Positions 38,809-48,425 of a stretch of 64,000 nucleotides of DNA are shown here, in pieces. The DNA lies in IMG/VR virus record IMGVR_UViG_3300050343_000243, positions 1 through 64,000 of that record. One strand, 5' to 3'. Under the pieces are notes generated by a model. That model saw only the letters and a program-made list of their open reading frames with translations, searched no databases and was not told where the DNA came from. Made by a program: the position numbers and the translations under genes. The stretch comes from a virus. The first letter of the stretch is position 1, and every line of letters starts with the position of its first letter.

Positions 38809-39465
38809 ATGAACTTTATTGCAGCAACTGTTGAACTCAAGTCTATTGTCACAGATTCAATTAATGCTTACGGGCTCGCTTATCGCGGTGCTGATGCTGT
38901 TATTCCCGCTGGCAGCAGTGGTAGTGAGGTACGACTCCGAGCACTCTGTTACGACAGAGCCGGAGCCAAGCTTGATTCCTTCCTTGACTGGAAACCAGGC
39001 ACACGTGCATTGATTACTGGATACGTGGTCTTCTCTGATGACACATCGCAGCCACTAGATCTGTTGGTAACAACTATTGAATTCAACGTCCCGCAAGAAA
39101 TGTACTGCAACCAAGTCGTACTTGGTAATGCATTCTTTGCATCAGACGAAATTAAAGAACGTAAGAATGATCAAGTCGCAATCAAAATCGGTACGTCACT
39201 TGACAATTCAGATACCGTTACCTGGCTATTTATGGAACTCCATTCAAGCCGTAAAGCCAAGCTCGCTGATCGAGTCCGCAAAGGTCGCAACATTTGTGTT
39301 CATGGCTACTTGCGTGAGTACCGCAAAGAAGGGGACACAAGTCCTTATCGGGCTATCGTCGCGAATGACTTCAGCACTCGCAAAGAAAGAGAGCAAACTA
39401 AAAATACTAGAAGTACGGGCCAAGCTAAAGGCTACGCAGAAGTTGACCCCGTCCCGGACTACTAA
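38809..39465 (+). CDS. Tandem OB-fold ssDNA-binding protein
   Basis: PGTRALITG and RKGRNICVHGYL SSB-like strands; acidic tail. Confidence 0.65.
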   Translation: MNFIAATVELKSIVTDSINAYGLAYRGADAVIPAGSSGSEVRLRALCYDRAGAKLDSFLDWKPGTRALITGYVVFSDDTSQPLDLLVTTIEFNVPQEMYCNQVVLGNAFFASDEIKERKNDQVAIKIGTSLDNSDTVTWLFMELHSSRKAKLADRVRKGRNICVHGYLREYRKEGDTSPYRAIVANDFSTRKEREQTKNTRSTGQAKGYAEVDPVPDY

Positions 39466-39519
39466 AGACTACAACTGGATGGACTAACCATCTAATTAAC
39501 ATAAACATTATTTTTTACT

Positions 39520-39819
39520 ATGAACATCGACATCAACAATATCTTCAGATCAGCAACTATTGCTGTTGTTGGACTACCACTGGCACTTTCTACAAGTGGT
39601 CTTATTAACTCTGCTGCATCAGCTGCACGTAATGCACAAGGCGTTCCTGAAGTTGTTCAGGTCAGGCAAGAGTTTGCAGGTAAAATTGCAAAAGCTTGCT
39701 ATGGGTATGCACTGTCTAAAAATGACAGCACTTTAGAGCGTGAGTCAAAGACTGCAATCGATGAAGTATTTGGCGGAGAAGTTAACTACCAAGCTGTATG
39801 CAACGCTCTCGTTTTCTAA
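39520..39819 (+). CDS. Membrane-anchored hypothetical protein
   Basis: 99 aa. Confidence 0.6.
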   Translation: MNIDINNIFRSATIAVVGLPLALSTSGLINSAASAARNAQGVPEVVQVRQEFAGKIAKACYGYALSKNDSTLERESKTAIDEVFGGEVNYQAVCNALVF

Positions 39820-39989
39820 TCGAGTAACGTTAACTAAAGGACCGAAGAAGAACTACGTCAGGTCCTACTAACGGTTGCAGTGTTTTTTGTAGTTTCCAAC
39901 TGCGTAATTGATGGGGTTGCCAGTTAGCTACTGGTGATCCTGCCCCACAAGAAAGCCTCATGTGCGGGGCTTTTTTAGTATCAAAAATT

Positions 39990-40163
39990 TTACGCCTTAC
40001 GAAGTCGTGCTGGAAGACTTGGCACCATTTCTTTCATGTGCTCATCGTACCTGTAATTAGTTGGAGCACCTCTTCCTGAATCTTTAATACTAGGCCATGC
40101 TGAATTCTCAGCTGCTGCAATAAGTTCTAGTACTTCTAGTGGAATACTTCCAGCTAAACGCAT
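39990..40163 (-). CDS. Small late-type protein (MRLAG...)
   Basis: 57-aa ORF read directly from sequence; TACAATAG at 40186-40193. Confidence 0.5.
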   Translation of the reverse strand: MRLAGSIPLEVLELIAAAENSAWPSIKDSGRGAPTNYRYDEHMKEMVPSLPARLRKA

Positions 40164-40227
40164 AACATTTATAGCTCACATTTATCTATTGTATTACTTA
40201 TATTTGTAGAGTCTAATCATTAATTAT

Positions 40228-40968
40228 ATGACGCTACAAGTACTGCCTCCGGAGATGCTGGAAGGCTCAAAAGATAAAATTGAAACTAAAGAAGCACAGC
40301 CTTATTGGAAACCAAGCAGCCTTAAAGATGGAGAGTCAGAAGAATTTCGACTACTCGGTTGCTATGAGACAGGGCACGCAATCATGGGTTGGCAATATGC
40401 ATCGGAAACAAATGGATCTGATGGCAATCTGCGCTTTAACGGTTATGTCGTTACGCGTACTCACCCAGGTCAGCCTGCTGACTTGGCTCGTGAAACTGAT
40501 TGGAGCAAACCAGATCGACCAAAGATTGATGGAACTTATGTCAAGCCTCGTCGCTTCCTTGCTTGGGTTGCCACGAGTGCAGCTCGCGGTCGTCTAGAGG
40601 TATTATTCATTGAACAAAAATCACTACGAGAACAGCTCACCGAAATCCTTCAAGAGATTGAAGACTACACTTGGACAGAAGATGGGCTTGCTAACTTTTC
40701 GATTAAGATTAGTCGCAAGGGAGCCGGTCTGGAAACTTCATACAGCATTCTGCCGAAAGTACGTAAAGTGCCAGATAAAATTACAAAGGAATGGTCCACT
40801 CAAAAAGAATCAATCTGGCTTCCTAATTTCTTTGAAGGAAAGGATCCTTTTGACGGGCGTCAAGTTGACGAGAAAGGTCTTCCAGCTGGTGGAACCGACA
40901 AACGCGGTGCCCACGTAACACCTACTACAGCAAAGAAAAAAGTAGAACAAGAAGAACAAGAGTTCTAA
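40228..40968 (+). CDS. Probable ssDNA-binding/recombination protein
   Basis: LKDGESEEFRLL...IKISRKGAGLETSYSILP pattern; acidic C-terminus ending in F. Confidence 0.5.
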   Translation: MTLQVLPPEMLEGSKDKIETKEAQPYWKPSSLKDGESEEFRLLGCYETGHAIMGWQYASETNGSDGNLRFNGYVVTRTHPGQPADLARETDWSKPDRPKIDGTYVKPRRFLAWVATSAARGRLEVLFIEQKSLREQLTEILQEIEDYTWTEDGLANFSIKISRKGAGLETSYSILPKVRKVPDKITKEWSTQKESIWLPNFFEGKDPFDGRQVDEKGLPAGGTDKRGAHVTPTTAKKKVEQEEQEF

Positions 40969-41028
40969 GTGTCACCATATATGGCACCAGGCTTGTATCA
41001 ACTACATAACAACTAGATGAATTAGAAA

Positions 41029-41214
41029 ATGATCGAATTAAAAATTAGTAAAAATGAACTAGGTCTGTTCCAAGCAGACGCAGTACTGACCCTACCTCCT
41101 ATCTGTGTCTCACGTCAGAAAGCTGATCGTGATGACCTGGAGTATGAACTCCGTAATGCATTCAGCCAGTTGGTTGAAGAAATCGTTTCTAAACAAATCA
41201 AAGAAGAATTCTAA
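41029..41214 (+). CDS. Hypothetical protein
   Basis: 61 aa. Confidence 0.55.
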   Translation: MIELKISKNELGLFQADAVLTLPPICVSRQKADRDDLEYELRNAFSQLVEEIVSKQIKEEF

Positions 41215-41612
41215 TGTCAAACGTAAACACCGATGGATTGCCTCCAGAAATGCAGGCACGCATTGCACAAATCATTGAAGGTGCAAAACAAAAAGCTATT
41301 GCACAACATCAGACCCAGTATCCACCCGAGTCACCACATCAAGCAGCAATTGCAATGCCTGCTGCACCTGTAGCTCCTCCAACTCCTCCAGCTCCACCAG
41401 TACCCAACTTGATGGATCACACAATCGCTCTTCGTCAGGAAGTAGCTGCATTGTCACAGCAAGTGACTGCAATGGGTCAAGTCGTTGAAGCATGTGGTCA
41501 GGCTGTAGGTTCGATGTACTCAATGTTTCAATCGCAAACCACACCTACAGATACGGGCGCAACGTATAGCCAGAACTTCCAAGAACAAGTAGACGTGGGG
41601 GACGATTACTAA
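41214..41612 (+). CDS. Pro-rich/coiled-coil hypothetical protein
   Basis: 132 aa. Confidence 0.6.
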   Translation: MSNVNTDGLPPEMQARIAQIIEGAKQKAIAQHQTQYPPESPHQAAIAMPAAPVAPPTPPAPPVPNLMDHTIALRQEVAALSQQVTAMGQVVEACGQAVGSMYSMFQSQTTPTDTGATYSQNFQEQVDVGDDY

Positions 41613-41965
41613 TGCCATACAAGGATCCGTCAAAGCAAGCCAACTATCGACGAATGTATCTGGCGGATCCTGCTAAAAAGGCAAAGCACAAAGCAACAAA
41701 GGATAAGAATCGCAGACAAAATTCCACAAAACGCAAAGAAATTTTATCCCGATTCCCTTGTGTCTTATGCGCCGAATCAGACCCAGATCTAATTGACTGG
41801 CACCACGTATATCCAGAAGACAAAGTCTTTGATATCAAAGGTTCACTGAGTCAGGCGTACACCACTTGGTGGGATGAAGTTATTAAATGCATACCTGTAT
41901 GCGCTCTATGTCACAGAAAAATACACAAAGATAAACTATGCCTGATACCACAGAAGAAGCGGTAA
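41612..41965 (+). CDS. HNH endonuclease
   Basis: CVLC...DWHHVYP...CIPVCALCHRKIH. Confidence 0.8.
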   Translation: MPYKDPSKQANYRRMYLADPAKKAKHKATKDKNRRQNSTKRKEILSRFPCVLCAESDPDLIDWHHVYPEDKVFDIKGSLSQAYTTWWDEVIKCIPVCALCHRKIHKDKLCLIPQKKR

Positions 41966-42708
41966 ATAAACCGTACAGGATTCAAACTGCCAGTGGCTAC
42001 CGAAAGTATTTATGTTCGGGACTTTACATGCCGTCTGTTACTACAGTCTTATCTGCTACGGAAACAGAGAAAGCAAAAGCTGGTTTACGCAACTGGCAAG
42101 CTAATAACCCTGGTGCATTAGAAGCTGCATCAACTAGAGGTTCAGCAATTCACCTTGGGTGTGAAAACTATTTACGTGGTTTAGATCCAGGTGTCCCAGA
42201 AGAATATCAAGATTTCTGGACGGGAATGACCCAATACCTCGACTGGTTTGATACACTTCATTGGAGTGAAAGACCACTCCGACCTGACTGGAATCACCTC
42301 CGCTCTGACGATCGTGAGGTTGCCTATGTCTGGTCAACAGAGCATCTTTACGCTGGATGCCCTGACTTGATTGGAGAAATCGGTGGTGTAAAAATTATCG
42401 CTGACTTCAAGACAAGTAACGCTCCCTACTCTGCTGTCTTCCCTGAAAAAGGTGACCGCGCTGGGTTCGGAGGATTTCGAAAGTATCAGAAGTGTGCTCA
42501 ACAAATGGCGGCTTATCGCCTTGCATTGTTTGAACGTACCGGCTATAAATGTGATGCTGCTTTGATTATTGTTTCTACACCAGAAACATCTCAAGGCATA
42601 TTCATCGATTCAGATCAGATGGATAGATTCGAAGCAAAGTTTCTGACGCGTTGTAAAATGTTCCACGATAAAGAGAGTGACGAAAATACTGAAGATCGCG
42701 GTCAATAA
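41938..42708 (+). CDS. PD-(D/E)xK exonuclease
   Basis: PSVTTVL, RGSAIH, AGCPD, IADFKTS, QMAAY. Confidence 0.85.
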   Translation: MPDTTEEAVNKPYRIQTASGYRKYLCSGLYMPSVTTVLSATETEKAKAGLRNWQANNPGALEAASTRGSAIHLGCENYLRGLDPGVPEEYQDFWTGMTQYLDWFDTLHWSERPLRPDWNHLRSDDREVAYVWSTEHLYAGCPDLIGEIGGVKIIADFKTSNAPYSAVFPEKGDRAGFGGFRKYQKCAQQMAAYRLALFERTGYKCDAALIIVSTPETSQGIFIDSDQMDRFEAKFLTRCKMFHDKESDENTEDRGQ

Positions 42709-44905
42709 GAACTGCGTAAATAAACAAAACCCTCAGCTAGTAGCACGGGGTTGGTCAAACGTACTAGTCGATATCGACTGGTTAATGGGATGGGTAGGCA
42801 ACGGCTATGGCTGGTGCGCTACCCATTTTCATCAGAAGCACAGGCTCGCTGATAATGCTGCTGGTAGCAACCTCGTAGTCATTGACTTCGATGGTGACAC
42901 CACACTTGATACGTTCTGGGCTACCGACACCGCACAACAGTGGTGTGCAGGTACCTATACCTCTGCTTCTTACACAGAAGAAGAGCACAGATTCCGTGCT
43001 CTATTCCCTCTAGCTATAGATCTAGAGAGTTCCGCGCAGCACCGTGGTGCCTACTGGCTCATTGTCAATCGGTTACTGGCAGACCTAGGTCTTACAGAAC
43101 TCAAAGACAACTGTGGTCAAAAGCCTGAACGGCTCTGGTATGGCAACCAAAAGACGCAAACTAAGTTAAATCCTGGCGCAGAAGTCCCTGACTTTCTGCT
43201 TAATGACATTGACTACGACGAGCCCGCAGAGTTTACTCACTCTGACTGTGCAGAGATCGATGTCAAACGCTGCCAGTGGCTACTGCGTGAGTTCCTAGAG
43301 CCCTCAAACGACGATGAGTACGAGTCTTACTACGTGCCCGTTATGGCCGCTTGTGCAGGCGTAGGGACAGTGATCTTTGATGACTGGGTTGACTGGGTAA
43401 TCCGTGGTCATCATGGTCATAAAGAAGAAAATATCCGAAGGTTTAAGTGGAAAGGTCTTGGTAAATATGCAGGTCATACTAAACTGTATTCGCTTGCTAA
43501 AAAGCAAGATCCCAATTGGACTAGACAACTACCTAGTCAGCTCCGCTTTGGTGCTGCAGGTAGTGCCGTTGGATATACAGAGCTTGATCCAGTTATCAAC
43601 TTTGGAGAATTCATATCAACAAGTAAAGGAGAGACGATGGATTTTGATGTAGAACCGCTTGCGGATTCTCAACAAGCGCCGAAGAAGCGCGGACGTCCCA
43701 AGAAAAGTAATGACGACGCTGCCAAAGAACGTGAGGCTGACGTAGACAAAGTATCTACGATCCTCTCTGGTTTACGTAAGAACCGTCTTACTAACACCAT
43801 TGAGTACGACGGTCCCAATGGTCAAGTCGTACAGCTCGAAGGCAATGACCTCGATCTAATGACAACAAAGATGGCTTGTGAGCACGGGGTGTTTATCCCC
43901 GAGCCTCGTATCAAGTCAGCTATTCAGTACGCAGCTATCAAAAATAGCTACTGCCCTATCACTCGTTACCTCGATGGGTGTGCAGCTCATTCCACACCTC
44001 ACCCCGAGTGGGAGCGTATTGGTGAAGTGTTTCTAGGTAACAAGCACCAGCTTGCGACCTTGGCAATGAAGCGCATGATGATTGGCGCAGTTGCTCGTGC
44101 ATACAACCCAGGTCAGTCAATGTCCTGGCTTCCAATCCTTGTGGGTGCACAGGGTGTTGGTAAGTCGATGTTTGCTCGCAACCTTGTACCTGATGCACTG
44201 TTCTCGGAGATCACTACTCCACTAGAGACACTGATCAAAGAGCAGTATCGACTTCATGTGGCGTGGCTCCTAGAGCTTCCCGAGATTGATAACTACTTCA
44301 ACATCAGGAACATTGAGAACTTCAAGAACCTGATCACCAGTCGGGTTGATGAAGTCCGATTCCCTTATGCATCACTGCCATCGAAGCTGCCTCGTCGCTT
44401 CGTAATGATTGGAACCACGAACCGTAACCAGTTCCTTGTGGACTCCACAGGTAACAGACGTTTCGTTCCTCTTGAGATTGGCGCAGGCTTTCAAATTCCT
44501 TGGAAGCAACTGATTGCAGAACGCGACAGCCTCTGGGCTGCTGCTGTTGCTGATTATCGAGCCAACGTTGGATACGAATTCAACAGTGGTGAGATCGCTG
44601 CTATCTCGGAGTACATCCAAGAGTTTGGCGATCCTGATCCATGGCTCGACAAAATCGGTGCTTATGTCGCTATCCGTGAGGAAGTGACTGCTGCAGATGT
44701 TCTATCGCATGCACTGGAACTAGATCCACGTAACCAAAGCAGACGTGAAGGTAGACGTGTTGCTGATGTGCTGCAGTCTATGGGCTGGAGACGATTAGTA
44801 ACTAGCAGGAAAGATCCTGTTACTGGTAAATCAAAGTCAGTTCGTATATGGAAACGTCCTAAGGACGATCCGATTGACGAAACTCATATCCTTAACGATT
44901 TCTAA
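42677..44905 (+). CDS. Primase-helicase (AEP, PriCT-like, VapE ATPase)
   Basis: VIDFD, RFRALFPL; Walker A GAQGVGKS; GTTN, DSTGNRRF; C-terminal winged-helix-like segment. Confidence 0.88.
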   Translation: MTKILKIAVNKNCVNKQNPQLVARGWSNVLVDIDWLMGWVGNGYGWCATHFHQKHRLADNAAGSNLVVIDFDGDTTLDTFWATDTAQQWCAGTYTSASYTEEEHRFRALFPLAIDLESSAQHRGAYWLIVNRLLADLGLTELKDNCGQKPERLWYGNQKTQTKLNPGAEVPDFLLNDIDYDEPAEFTHSDCAEIDVKRCQWLLREFLEPSNDDEYESYYVPVMAACAGVGTVIFDDWVDWVIRGHHGHKEENIRRFKWKGLGKYAGHTKLYSLAKKQDPNWTRQLPSQLRFGAAGSAVGYTELDPVINFGEFISTSKGETMDFDVEPLADSQQAPKKRGRPKKSNDDAAKEREADVDKVSTILSGLRKNRLTNTIEYDGPNGQVVQLEGNDLDLMTTKMACEHGVFIPEPRIKSAIQYAAIKNSYCPITRYLDGCAAHSTPHPEWERIGEVFLGNKHQLATLAMKRMMIGAVARAYNPGQSMSWLPILVGAQGVGKSMFARNLVPDALFSEITTPLETLIKEQYRLHVAWLLELPEIDNYFNIRNIENFKNLITSRVDEVRFPYASLPSKLPRRFVMIGTTNRNQFLVDSTGNRRFVPLEIGAGFQIPWKQLIAERDSLWAAAVADYRANVGYEFNSGEIAAISEYIQEFGDPDPWLDKIGAYVAIREEVTAADVLSHALELDPRNQSRREGRRVADVLQSMGWRRLVTSRKDPVTGKSKSVRIWKRPKDDPIDETHILNDF

Positions 44906-44934
44906 TTACACTAATTAATACATAGGTATATAAA

Positions 44935-45171
44935 ATGCAAGCAACAGATATCAAGCTGGGCCTTCGTGTCTGTGTAAAAACTAATGGCATGACTGCACTA
45001 GTTGTGGGTCGTCCGGAGTACTACACACCACGATCAAAACTTGTACGAATCAAATATGAAAACAGTACACGTTTTGAATACATGATTAGCAATCAACTCT
45101 CGCCACTGCCTACTGAAGATCAGTATCCAGCACTGGGAGGCACATACGTAAAACCTGAAGGAGAATTCTGA
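44935..45171 (+). CDS. Small SH3-like hypothetical protein
   Basis: 78 aa, beta-rich. Confidence 0.55.
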   Translation: MQATDIKLGLRVCVKTNGMTALVVGRPEYYTPRSKLVRIKYENSTRFEYMISNQLSPLPTEDQYPALGGTYVKPEGEF

Positions 45172-45986
45172 TGGCTGAAGCTCAACCTCATAAAGGCCGT
45201 GGTGGCCATGCATATGGCAGGCGTGTCAAGCAACTCTCCAATACTGCAGAAGAGGGAGAGCTTTGCCTGTATTCAGGACACTCACTTGGCAGGTTCTCTA
45301 CTCACAGCATGCGGTATGACAGTCACCAAGCATGTGTTCGCTGTGTAGCTGGTGCTCGTGAAGGGCGTATGTCCTTTGACATCAGCAAACTGCTAAAGAA
45401 AAATCGAATTAAAGCTCTTAAATTTTGGTCACAAGTAGACATTGCATCACCCGAAGAATGCTGGGAATGGCAAGGCAACATCAACAAACACACAAAACAA
45501 CCACAGTTTTCGTGGAGACGACACGGGATTAGCTCTTCTACACAACATCATCCCCAGCGGGTTGCTACTTGGTTTACTTGGGGTGATCTTGGATTTACCG
45601 GCGTTAAAACTACTTGTGGTAATAAGTATTGCTGCAATCCTTTTCATCTTATTCCGCAAAATATTGGTGTCTTTGTAGATCACGACAGTTATCTAGAAAG
45701 CTTTGAGCTTGCATGTGAAATTCATACGCTGAAGCAACAAGTTGCCGAGTATGTAATGGAGCAAGCAATCAAGGAGCAAGAGAAGCTAGAACGTATCGAG
45801 CACCTAGATGGTAAAGAAGAGCTAATACTTAATCCAAACACGTTGTTTGATCAGAGGTATGCAGCTGTCATGGTGGATATGCTCAACGGAAACCATACCA
45901 GTCAAATAGATCCTAAGTCTTTGGGACTCCATGGTCAACCAGAGGACCATGAAACTGATGAGGATGACCCCACATCAGACTTTTAA
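45171..45986 (+). CDS. Degenerate HNH/Zn-loop endonuclease-like protein
   Basis: FWSQVD...CWEWQG...CGNKYCCNPFHL; usual His residues replaced. Confidence 0.65.
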   Translation: MAEAQPHKGRGGHAYGRRVKQLSNTAEEGELCLYSGHSLGRFSTHSMRYDSHQACVRCVAGAREGRMSFDISKLLKKNRIKALKFWSQVDIASPEECWEWQGNINKHTKQPQFSWRRHGISSSTQHHPQRVATWFTWGDLGFTGVKTTCGNKYCCNPFHLIPQNIGVFVDHDSYLESFELACEIHTLKQQVAEYVMEQAIKEQEKLERIEHLDGKEELILNPNTLFDQRYAAVMVDMLNGNHTSQIDPKSLGLHGQPEDHETDEDDPTSDF

Positions 45987-46018
45987 ATAACCTATTCTTA
46001 TACAAGAGTCATTACATT

Positions 46019-46441
46019 ATGTCTAGACGAACTGACCTACTACAGCAACTTATTAAATCAGATAAGTGGGGTGATGAAAAAGATCAGGAGCAGAAGTTTT
46101 TAGCTGCAACTGCTGAACTCATCCTCACTGATCTCATTAATATCGCTATCAAAGGTGTTGAAAGTCAAGGCGCTGGATCTCTGATTATTAATTTGCAGAA
46201 CGACTCCACGACATTCATGTCAGGTAGCAGCATTGAAAGTGACATCATTGTTGCTGAAGCTGAAGAAGACACTGATGTACTGGAGTTCTTGCGCAAACTG
46301 ATTGAAGAAGTTGATGAAAATGATTGGTCACAAAACGTACTCGTAACCTTGATCAGTGATGCTGGAACAAGAACATTTAGTCTCGAAGCAGGAGGGAGCC
46401 AAGAAAGCTTCCGATCGATCGCAGCAGAATTTAGCGGATAA
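46019..46441 (+). CDS. Hypothetical protein
   Basis: 140 aa, acidic. Confidence 0.65.
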   Translation: MSRRTDLLQQLIKSDKWGDEKDQEQKFLAATAELILTDLINIAIKGVESQGAGSLIINLQNDSTTFMSGSSIESDIIVAEAEEDTDVLEFLRKLIEEVDENDWSQNVLVTLISDAGTRTFSLEAGGSQESFRSIAAEFSG

Positions 46442-47027
46442 GTTAAAAGAAAAAGGATTAAAGCTGCCTCTCTATCCAACGCCACAACTCATTGAAAGAG
46501 CGCGGCAAGTGATGGGGAGCATTGACTTTGATCCAACATCTGATCCTGTCCAGCAAGTTCTAGTTGATGCAACATCTGTGCCATCTGTAGAAGTAAACCC
46601 ACTACAAGAACACTGGCACGGCAATGTTTGGGTTGCTCCTAAAGGGGCAGTACGTAATACACGTATCTGGCTTAATAAAACCATTAACGAGTATCGCAAC
46701 AACTACATCAAAAGCTTCGTATTCTTTACTAGTGCCAGTGAAATTATTCGTGCCACTCCTATTATTTGGGACTATCCTGTATGCATTCCTTTCAGGAGAG
46801 TTAAACAGCTTCGCGCTACAGCAAATGGCTTCGAACCTGTCTGTCCTTCCACATGGAACGTACTGATCTACGGTCCACCCCTAGATGAAGCGATCAGTGA
46901 CATCGATAAGGTGACACTCTTTTACAACACGTTCAGAGATATCGGACGTGTCATCTTTAACGAATATGCCGGTGATAACTGGTCCAAAGACCTAGAACAT
47001 TTTGAAGAGCACAGAGGTGAAGTATGA
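46356..47027 (+). CDS. Degenerate phage N6-adenine methyltransferase-like protein
   Basis: PTPQLIERARQVMGSIDFDP...WHGNVWVAPKG (NPPY replaced). Confidence 0.6.
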   Translation: MMLEQEHLVSKQEGAKKASDRSQQNLADKLKEKGLKLPLYPTPQLIERARQVMGSIDFDPTSDPVQQVLVDATSVPSVEVNPLQEHWHGNVWVAPKGAVRNTRIWLNKTINEYRNNYIKSFVFFTSASEIIRATPIIWDYPVCIPFRRVKQLRATANGFEPVCPSTWNVLIYGPPLDEAISDIDKVTLFYNTFRDIGRVIFNEYAGDNWSKDLEHFEEHRGEV

Positions 47028-47437
47028 GTAGGCACATCAACCCCAAGGCTTTCTACAACCTACCGTCTGGTGCTCGTGTTCATCCCTGTAGGTTGATCCA
47101 AAAAGATGGCACGTTGATGTGGAAGCACGCGCTGCTTTCACAAAACGAACTTATCTGCATTCCAACTGTGCAGCCACACGAGGCTCACATTATTAAAACT
47201 GCTCAACGCATTGAAGAACTGAACTCCTGGGTCTCTCAAGACCTTGACCCATGGGAGTTTCTTAAGCCAGTGTCTTGGTATAACCCTGAAGTTCCGGGAA
47301 TGGATCAAGGTATTTCATTGTTCTTTAAACATACGAGCTTGCCTAATAATCAAGTCTATGACATATTAAACAGGCACATAAGTGAGTATGAAACGTTAAA
47401 GCAACATCAAGGTCTTCTGTTTTTCCAAAGGTGTTAG
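47024..47437 (+). CDS. Hypothetical protein
   Basis: 137 aa. Confidence 0.6.
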   Translation: MSRHINPKAFYNLPSGARVHPCRLIQKDGTLMWKHALLSQNELICIPTVQPHEAHIIKTAQRIEELNSWVSQDLDPWEFLKPVSWYNPEVPGMDQGISLFFKHTSLPNNQVYDILNRHISEYETLKQHQGLLFFQRC

Positions 47438-47438
47438 T

Positions 47439-47453
47439 GCCCCCTCCGGGGGC
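47439..47453 (+). promoter_or_regulatory. Hairpin element 20 (no TG box; convergent junction)
   Basis: GCCCCC-TCC-GGGGGCTTGATCC, same start as element 17. Confidence 0.5.
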
Positions 47454-47461
47454 TTGATCCG

Positions 47462-47818
47462 TCAGCCAGAAATCTTTTCGATCAGTCGATTCAGATACCA
47501 ACGAGCTTTCTTGGCATCCTCAACAGGATTGTCCTTAAGCCAAATACGCAACATATATTTCAAGACTTGACCATGAAGCATTGCCAAGCTGCTGCTAGGT
47601 GCTGGTTCAATTGCCTCTTCAATGATGTCAATTGCTTCCTGCTTACCAGCTGTGTAATGACTAGGGCTATTAACCCGGTCCTCTACTCCAAATACAACAG
47701 AGTCAGGAGTAGCTAGGTGGAAAGGCGATGCCTTTTTGTACACCTCGTCAATGAATCCATTCTCGGTATTCCATTTCTCAAACTGCTTATTGGCATTGAA
47801 AAAATCTTCGTAATTCAT
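47462..47818 (-). CDS. DUF3310 family protein
   Basis: VNSPSHYT...EAIDII...KY..R...K...EDAKKARWYL. Confidence 0.8.
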   Translation of the reverse strand: MNYEDFFNANKQFEKWNTENGFIDEVYKKASPFHLATPDSVVFGVEDRVNSPSHYTAGKQEAIDIIEEAIEPAPSSSLAMLHGQVLKYMLRIWLKDNPVEDAKKARWYLNRLIEKISG

Positions 47819-47876
47819 GTATCCGCATCTATGTGATTCACTTCCTAATATAAGAATGTATAAGCCATAATGTGAT

Positions 47877-48425
47877 ATGCCAGCCCCAAAAGGTGACCCA
47901 ACATATATAAAGAACAAAGATAAGTATTTCGTAAGTGTCGCTAAAACTATTGCCACTGCTTCATCTCACCCCACTGCACCAGGTGGATGTGTAGTTGTAC
48001 GTGACCGAGAGATCCTCGGTGACGGACGAAGCATTCTTACCGACAGCAAGATTGAAATTGACTGTGTCTCATATGCCATTGCTGCTGCGTGTAAACGTGG
48101 CACAGGCATGACGGGTGCTGTTATCTACACCACTCGATACCCATTCTCCGCGTCAATCTTCCAAGCTCACATCATGGGCATCAGGAAGTTTGTAATCGTG
48201 GCACACGAATGGGAGCCGTATTACAAGGATGAATTCCGCAGAGCTGCGCGGCTAGCTCGTGAACTGAACATATCTATTGAACCCCATTTTGATGATGAAG
48301 ACCCAAGATTTGCAGTCAACTCCCGTGCAAGCAGAAAAGTTGACAAGACTCTCTACACCACAGAGGACCACGCCCCTGACGACTACGACCCAACCACTAC
48401 TGAAGAAGCAATCCATGAAAACTGA
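47877..48425 (+). CDS. Degenerate dCMP deaminase-like protein
   Basis: GCVVVRD...GAVIYTT fold pattern; HAE replaced by DCV, PCxxC replaced by PFSAS. Confidence 0.65.
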   Translation: MPAPKGDPTYIKNKDKYFVSVAKTIATASSHPTAPGGCVVVRDREILGDGRSILTDSKIEIDCVSYAIAAACKRGTGMTGAVIYTTRYPFSASIFQAHIMGIRKFVIVAHEWEPYYKDEFRRAARLARELNISIEPHFDDEDPRFAVNSRASRKVDKTLYTTEDHAPDDYDPTTTEEAIHEN

